Source: the human T2T-CHM13v2.0 reference genome, Homo sapiens. Taken from it: a stretch of 64,000 nucleotides of DNA. Location of the stretch: assembly GCF_009914755.1 (NCBI RefSeq), contig NC_060930.1; one strand, given 5' to 3'. The notes under the pieces were generated by a model that was given only the letters and a program-made list of their open reading frames with translations, was not told the DNA's origin and made no database searches. The position numbers and the translations under genes are program-made. Positions 59,225-64,000 of the stretch are shown here, piece after piece; within the stretch, counting starts at the first letter, position 1; each line of letters opens with the position of its first letter.

Positions 59225-59513
59225 TTTTTTTTTTTTTTTTGAGACAGTGTCCTTCTCTGTAGCCCAGGCTGGAGTGCAGTGGCGTGATCTCGGCTTGCTG
59301 CAACCTCTGCTCCCAGGTTTAAGTGATTCTCCTGCCTCAGCCACCTGAGCAGCTGGGATTACAGGTATGCATCACCATAATTTTTGTATTCTTAGTAGAG
59401 ACAGGGTTTTGCCATGTTGGCAAGGCTGATTCCCAACTCCCAGCCTCAAGGGATCTGCCTACCTCAGCCTCCCAAACTGCCCAGATTATAGGCATGAGCC
59501 ATCATGCCCGGCT
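59225..59513 (-). mobile_element. Alu (old S/Jb-like), flanked by MIR relics at ~59110-59190 and 59540-59665
   Basis: Poly-T, gagacag...gagccatcatgcccggc. MIR core gttgaggttcagg...gccaaaagtcacaaagttagcaaatg. Confidence 0.9.
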
Positions 59514-60529
59514 ATAACCTTTTTAATAAATTGCCAGTATAGATATCATCCTGTTTTGGTAGTAATAAAGTTGAGGTTCAGGAAATTTAAATAAGCTGCC
59601 AAAAGTCACAAAGTTAGCAAATGATGGAAGCAGAATTCAAATCTACATTTAACTAATTCCAAAGATTAACTCTTTAAAATGCATCAGACTGTGACCCTCA
59701 ATAAATTTCATAATCCCACTGAATTTAAATTTATTTACATACATAAAGCAGTAAGCCACTTCTTATATAACTTATCCAATTGTTGGATTAATAAAAAATG
59801 CAAGAAGTTGAATATATTTTATGTGTATTTTTATGATGTATTTATTTAATAAATACATCAAATTTTTTATTACCTTTTCTTCTAATCCTAGGTTATTTTA
59901 AGTAGAAATAGTGCTTGGATTTTATCAGTTTCCTAGAAATATAAAACTGGAGGTATGTAATGCCAGTTTTATTATCTAAAAGAAATCTGCATAAAATTAT
60001 CCTATTATAAATTTGAACTGACATAAATGCTATTACTCAACTATAAAATACAGGATGATGCTATTCTTAAAGATGGCTAATTTTGGATTGCATTATATAC
60101 AAAAATACTCATAAATAACAAAGTATTATTTGTCTTAAATCAATACCTCCCTTACAGTATTGATTTTTAATGAGTCATTTCCATGTAAATTTCTGACTAT
60201 ATTTATAGAATAAGAAAAATTCTGTATTCTCACATCAGTAGACATAGTCAAGCCTGTTTCCTCAATGTGAATAAGTAAAGTATAATAACATAATATAGCA
60301 TCTAAGTCTTTTTTTCAGATTTTTGTTTTAATAATGCCATAAACTGCTTAAAATTACTTTTGAAGTCTAACATTTCATACAAATATCATATAGAAGGAAC
60401 TATAGGAACTACTACTAAAATTGCTTCACTTGAAGCAAAAATTGGAAGAAGAGTAATGTTTATCAAAGTTCAATATGATGAGCCACTCTTCGCACTTCTG
60501 AAATATGAGCTGTAATATCCAATTACTTA

Positions 60530-60740
60530 ATGAGTAAAGCCATGAGCTTGCCAGTCACAGACAGGATTTCAGTCCTGTCCTTGTCACTTATTAGCTGCGA
60601 AATCTTGTTATTTTACTTAAATTTCTGAATTCTGGATAAATTTAGTATTTACCTCCTAGGGTAGGTACAAGAAAAATGAGTTTATTGATGTGGAATAGTT
60701 TGCATAGTTTCAGAAAGACACTAAGTACTAATAATATATA
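60530..60740 (+). mobile_element. MIR relic
   Basis: tcagtcctgtccttgtcacttattagctg...tttacctcctaggg. Confidence 0.6.
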
Positions 60741-61209
60741 AAAATTTCAGGCCACTCATGAAGAATTCTAAATAGAGTTCATTTTCGGGAGAATTTTTTT
60801 TAGATTGCAAATTGTGACATGCTATGTGAATATGAACCTGCATTACATTTTTACCAGAAACTGGAAAATTCATAAAATTTCCCTTATTGAGATGTTAATA
60901 ATACAAGATATTAGTATTGATTGAATATGCTTTTCTTATTTTTACACAAAATTAATAGTATCATTAAAAATTTGGTAAGCTTCTGGACATTGTTTTAATA
61001 TAGCGTTTGAAACATTGTCATACAGGCCAATCCTAAAAAGAACTGGGGCAAATAGACTCACCTAAAAAAGGTATTTTTCTTATGAAATGCAAATTGTCCC
61101 ACCTGCTTTTAGGACATTCCCTGCATCTGTTAAATTCACACATCTTTTTTGGAAAAGAAACAAATTGGCTCAAGAGCAGACATTAGTAGAAGTTCCTTAT
61201 TTCATCAAA

Positions 61210-61432
61210 AATAAAGAGCTAGGAAAGAGGACACTAAGATTAGATTTTATTCTGAGTAGAATGAGAAGCCATTGAAAGGGTTTAATGAAGAGTGCTGCAC
61301 TATGTCACTTGTGGTGCAACACCTCTAATCTGGCTGCTACGTGGGGAGGGGCTTTTAGAGAGACAGGAGTGTAAGCAAGAGAAATTGTTCAGGAGCAGTC
61401 GTGGTAATACAGGCAAGAGATAGAAACGGTGG
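61210..61432 (-). mobile_element. L2 relic
   Basis: gattttattctgagtagaatgagaagccattgaaagggttt...atctggctgct...taatacaggcaagagat. Confidence 0.65.
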
Positions 61433-61661
61433 TACGGTTTTTTTTTAGTTGTATAGTCAGGAACAGGTGGGTTTATATATAGTGAAGGATGTGTGACCAC
61501 AAAGTGCAGTCGAATGTTCCCCTCAGCAAGCAAGCATTGTCCTCCTCCACAAAATTCTGAACACAGCAAAAAGAAAGTGCGAGATTCACATATTATCACT
61601 GCGTTGATTAAAAATTGTTTAAGTGGCCAGCAGTAACTTCTTAGAATGAGTTTATTGGACC

Positions 61662-61955
61662 TGTGGTGCTCTATCTAGATCCCTCAGCCAAGGTGACAAT
61701 TCCTTCCAAGGACATCCTGCATCTAGTGGACGATAATGAGGAACAGAAAGACACAGCCTCCCTTCCTAACTCAGAACAATTCTGAAGGAATATCAACTCT
61801 GAACCCTCCATGAGGTTGGCTGGGGCTTTCACTGGGAATGCGTGGCAGCTTGACATCCCCCTGTACCAAATCTTACTTCTTTTTTCCTTTCCACAGGTGC
61901 TAATCCCAAGAGCACTTTCTAGCAAATGTTCTGCACATTAAAAGGCCTCACTTTA
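61662..61955 (+). mobile_element. ERVL LTR16-like relic
   Basis: gaacaattctgaagg...ccctccatgaggttggctggggct...ccacaggtgctaatcccaagagcact...ctgcac. Confidence 0.7.
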
Positions 61956-62009
61956 GCAGGACAGCCTCATTCCCCGCTTGCCTCATACTCATTCTGCCAG
62001 ACCCAACTT

Positions 62010-62420
62010 AGCATTCTCAGCAATTCTCAGGCTTTCTCTCATCTTTGGGGATTTGAGCATTCTGATGCTTCTGTTCAGATCACCCTTATCTATTGTTCCA
62101 ACTAGTGCTTGTCTGCTCACATTTTAGTCCAATTCAGAGTTGATCACTTCTGGGACTTTCCCCAGACCTTTCATTTTGGATTACAGGCTTTGCTCTAAGC
62201 TTCCCCAGTACTATTTAGAGATTAACTCTGAGATTACATTTCACACAACTTTTTTTTTGTAATCTTTCAGTGAAGAATAAGACTTTTGAAAAAAAGAGAA
62301 TCTCTATTTTCTTCAGGTTTCTTTAGTGTGTAGCACATTGAGTGATACTAAATGGTTTTTAAATAAATATTTGTCAACTGAATAAAGCAAAAAAGAAGCT
62401 TATGAGTGAGTGAAATAATA
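62010..62420 (+). mobile_element. L2 3' end relic
   Basis: tagtgtgtagcacattgagtg...aaataaatatttgtcaactgaat. Confidence 0.5.
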
Positions 62421-62554
62421 AATGAGGGTGAGAGAAACTGATCCAAAGCCATTGGAGATATATTCCAGATCTTTCTTTCGCTTTCCTCTTTTTGCCAAGT
62501 TTGTCAAACATTCATTCTAATAATAGTAATAATGATAATAACAATAAATGGTAA

Positions 62555-62820
62555 CAATGAGAATATCATTAATATCTGGCACTAATAAAACCTTAAGTGT
62601 CAGGAGTTATGCTAAGCGATTTCAATGAATTATTATGCTTCCTCCCAACAACACTGTTGTGTGTAAATACTCTCATACTCAACCTCATTTTGAAGACAAG
62701 GAAGACAGAGAAGTTGGATATTTTTCCTAGATTTCAAAGAGAAAAAAGTGAGGGAGTTAAAGTCATCCACCTTTAAATAAATGCTGGTTCATGGAAGCCA
62801 TTTTTAACACACTGTTCTTT
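62555..62820 (-). mobile_element. MIR relic
   Basis: gtgtcaggagttatgctaagc...cctcattttgaagacaaggaagacagag. Confidence 0.55.
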
Positions 62821-62846
62821 ATTCCATATATTTTATTATATTTAAA

Positions 62847-62993
62847 TTTTTTTAATTTTATTATTATTATACTTTAAGTTTTAGGGTACATGTGCACAAT
62901 GTGCAGGTTTGTTACATATGTATACATGTGCCATGTTGGTGTACTGCACCCATTAACTCATCATTTAGCATCAAGTATATCTCCTAATGCTAT
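62847..62993 (-). mobile_element. Very short 5'-truncated L1PA3/4-like 3' end
   Basis: ttattattatactttaagttttagggtacatgtgcacaatgtgcagg...ctcctaatgctat. Confidence 0.92.
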
Positions 62994-64000
62994 AAAATTA
63001 AGGAAAAAGATTGGAACCAAAAAGCAGGGACATAGACTTAGGCATTAGAATTATTGGCTTCTGAATGGCTTGGACTAACAAAAACTCTCAGATATCCATT
63101 TCTCTTATCTGTAAAAATTCAAAATTTGTAGCTAAGAGAAGTTGGCTCAATTAAGTGAGATATTTTATGCATACACAGTAGACATTAATTCCCCTCTCTT
63201 CTTGCCCTCTTTCGCCCCACAATGTCTTTTTATCTTTTATATAAAGTGTTAATTTATAATATGCTTTGGTTTTGACACACAAACAATATAGATGATTAAT
63301 TGTATTCTTTTTTATATAAATCATCATGCTCTGCCCCTACAAAATATTAATTAAAATTACAAATTGAAGCTAACTTTAAACTTCAATTAAATTTGCCTTT
63401 ACTGATACATACTTTTTTTATCATTCTAAATGAATCAAAAGCAACTACACCATTACAAAAACTCATCATAAAAAAGGCATTAAGATTTCATGAGAAAGAG
63501 AGAGAAAGAGGGAGAAAGGAGAGAGTGAAATTGGAGTGACATATAGCACACCTTCTTCTGTGTAATGAGCTTGGAAGATCAAAGAATCCTCTATTTTTTT
63601 TTTTTTTCCTTTACTGCCAAACACAAAGAAACTTCACAGGGAAAGTTAAGTTGCAATTCTTAAGGTCATGGGTTATAACTAACTTGTGACAAAGTTTTCT
63701 GTTAACCTGTTAGAGAAGAAACATCAAGGAAGCCATAAAAGAACATTCTATAAGTTGCTCTAGGACATGTTTTCAAATAGTACCCTATCACATTACCTAA
63801 AAATGTCATCATTGATGAATAGCCTTTGTGGTAGATAGAGCCTTGTAGTTAATGTACTTGCCCCAGTCGCTCCAAAACTCACTTTTGAGAATTTAGGAGG
63901 ATGATTCTTAGCCAACTTAATGTTTAGAAATACCACTCTAGGATCTGCATCATTCTTGTTATCATCAACCCAATAATCTGTAAGATTTATACATAGTAAG

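Overview
This is AT-rich, CpG-depleted primate (very likely human) genomic DNA, made mostly of decayed transposable elements. I find no credible protein-coding exon, RNA gene or CRISPR array. Every recognisable ORF in the track derives from L1 ORF2, THE1/MST internal sequence, Alu or simple repeats. The first ~32 kb is a layered repeat cluster: an old L1MA-type element lacking ORF1 and with a repeated ORF2 segment, which hosts a complete THE1D-like provirus, an MST LTR and an Alu; MER67-like and MER4A1-like solo LTRs; two twin-primed (5'-inverted) L1PA insertions; and a MER21 > THE1 > inverted THE1 nest cut by deletions. The second half holds a THE1C-like provirus with DUX4 consensus sites in both LTRs, MLT1 LTRs, a CpG-retaining ERV1 LTR (LTR1/27/28 group), Alus, MIR/L2 relics and long unique AT-rich stretches. 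The main signals the repeat annotation does not explain are several AT-rich palindromes or inverted-repeat insertions, a 100-bp candidate TA-flanked MITE and one well-bounded candidate exon. I see no evidence of a new multi-component biological system. Subfamily calls are from recalled consensus features and need RepeatMasker/Dfam confirmation.
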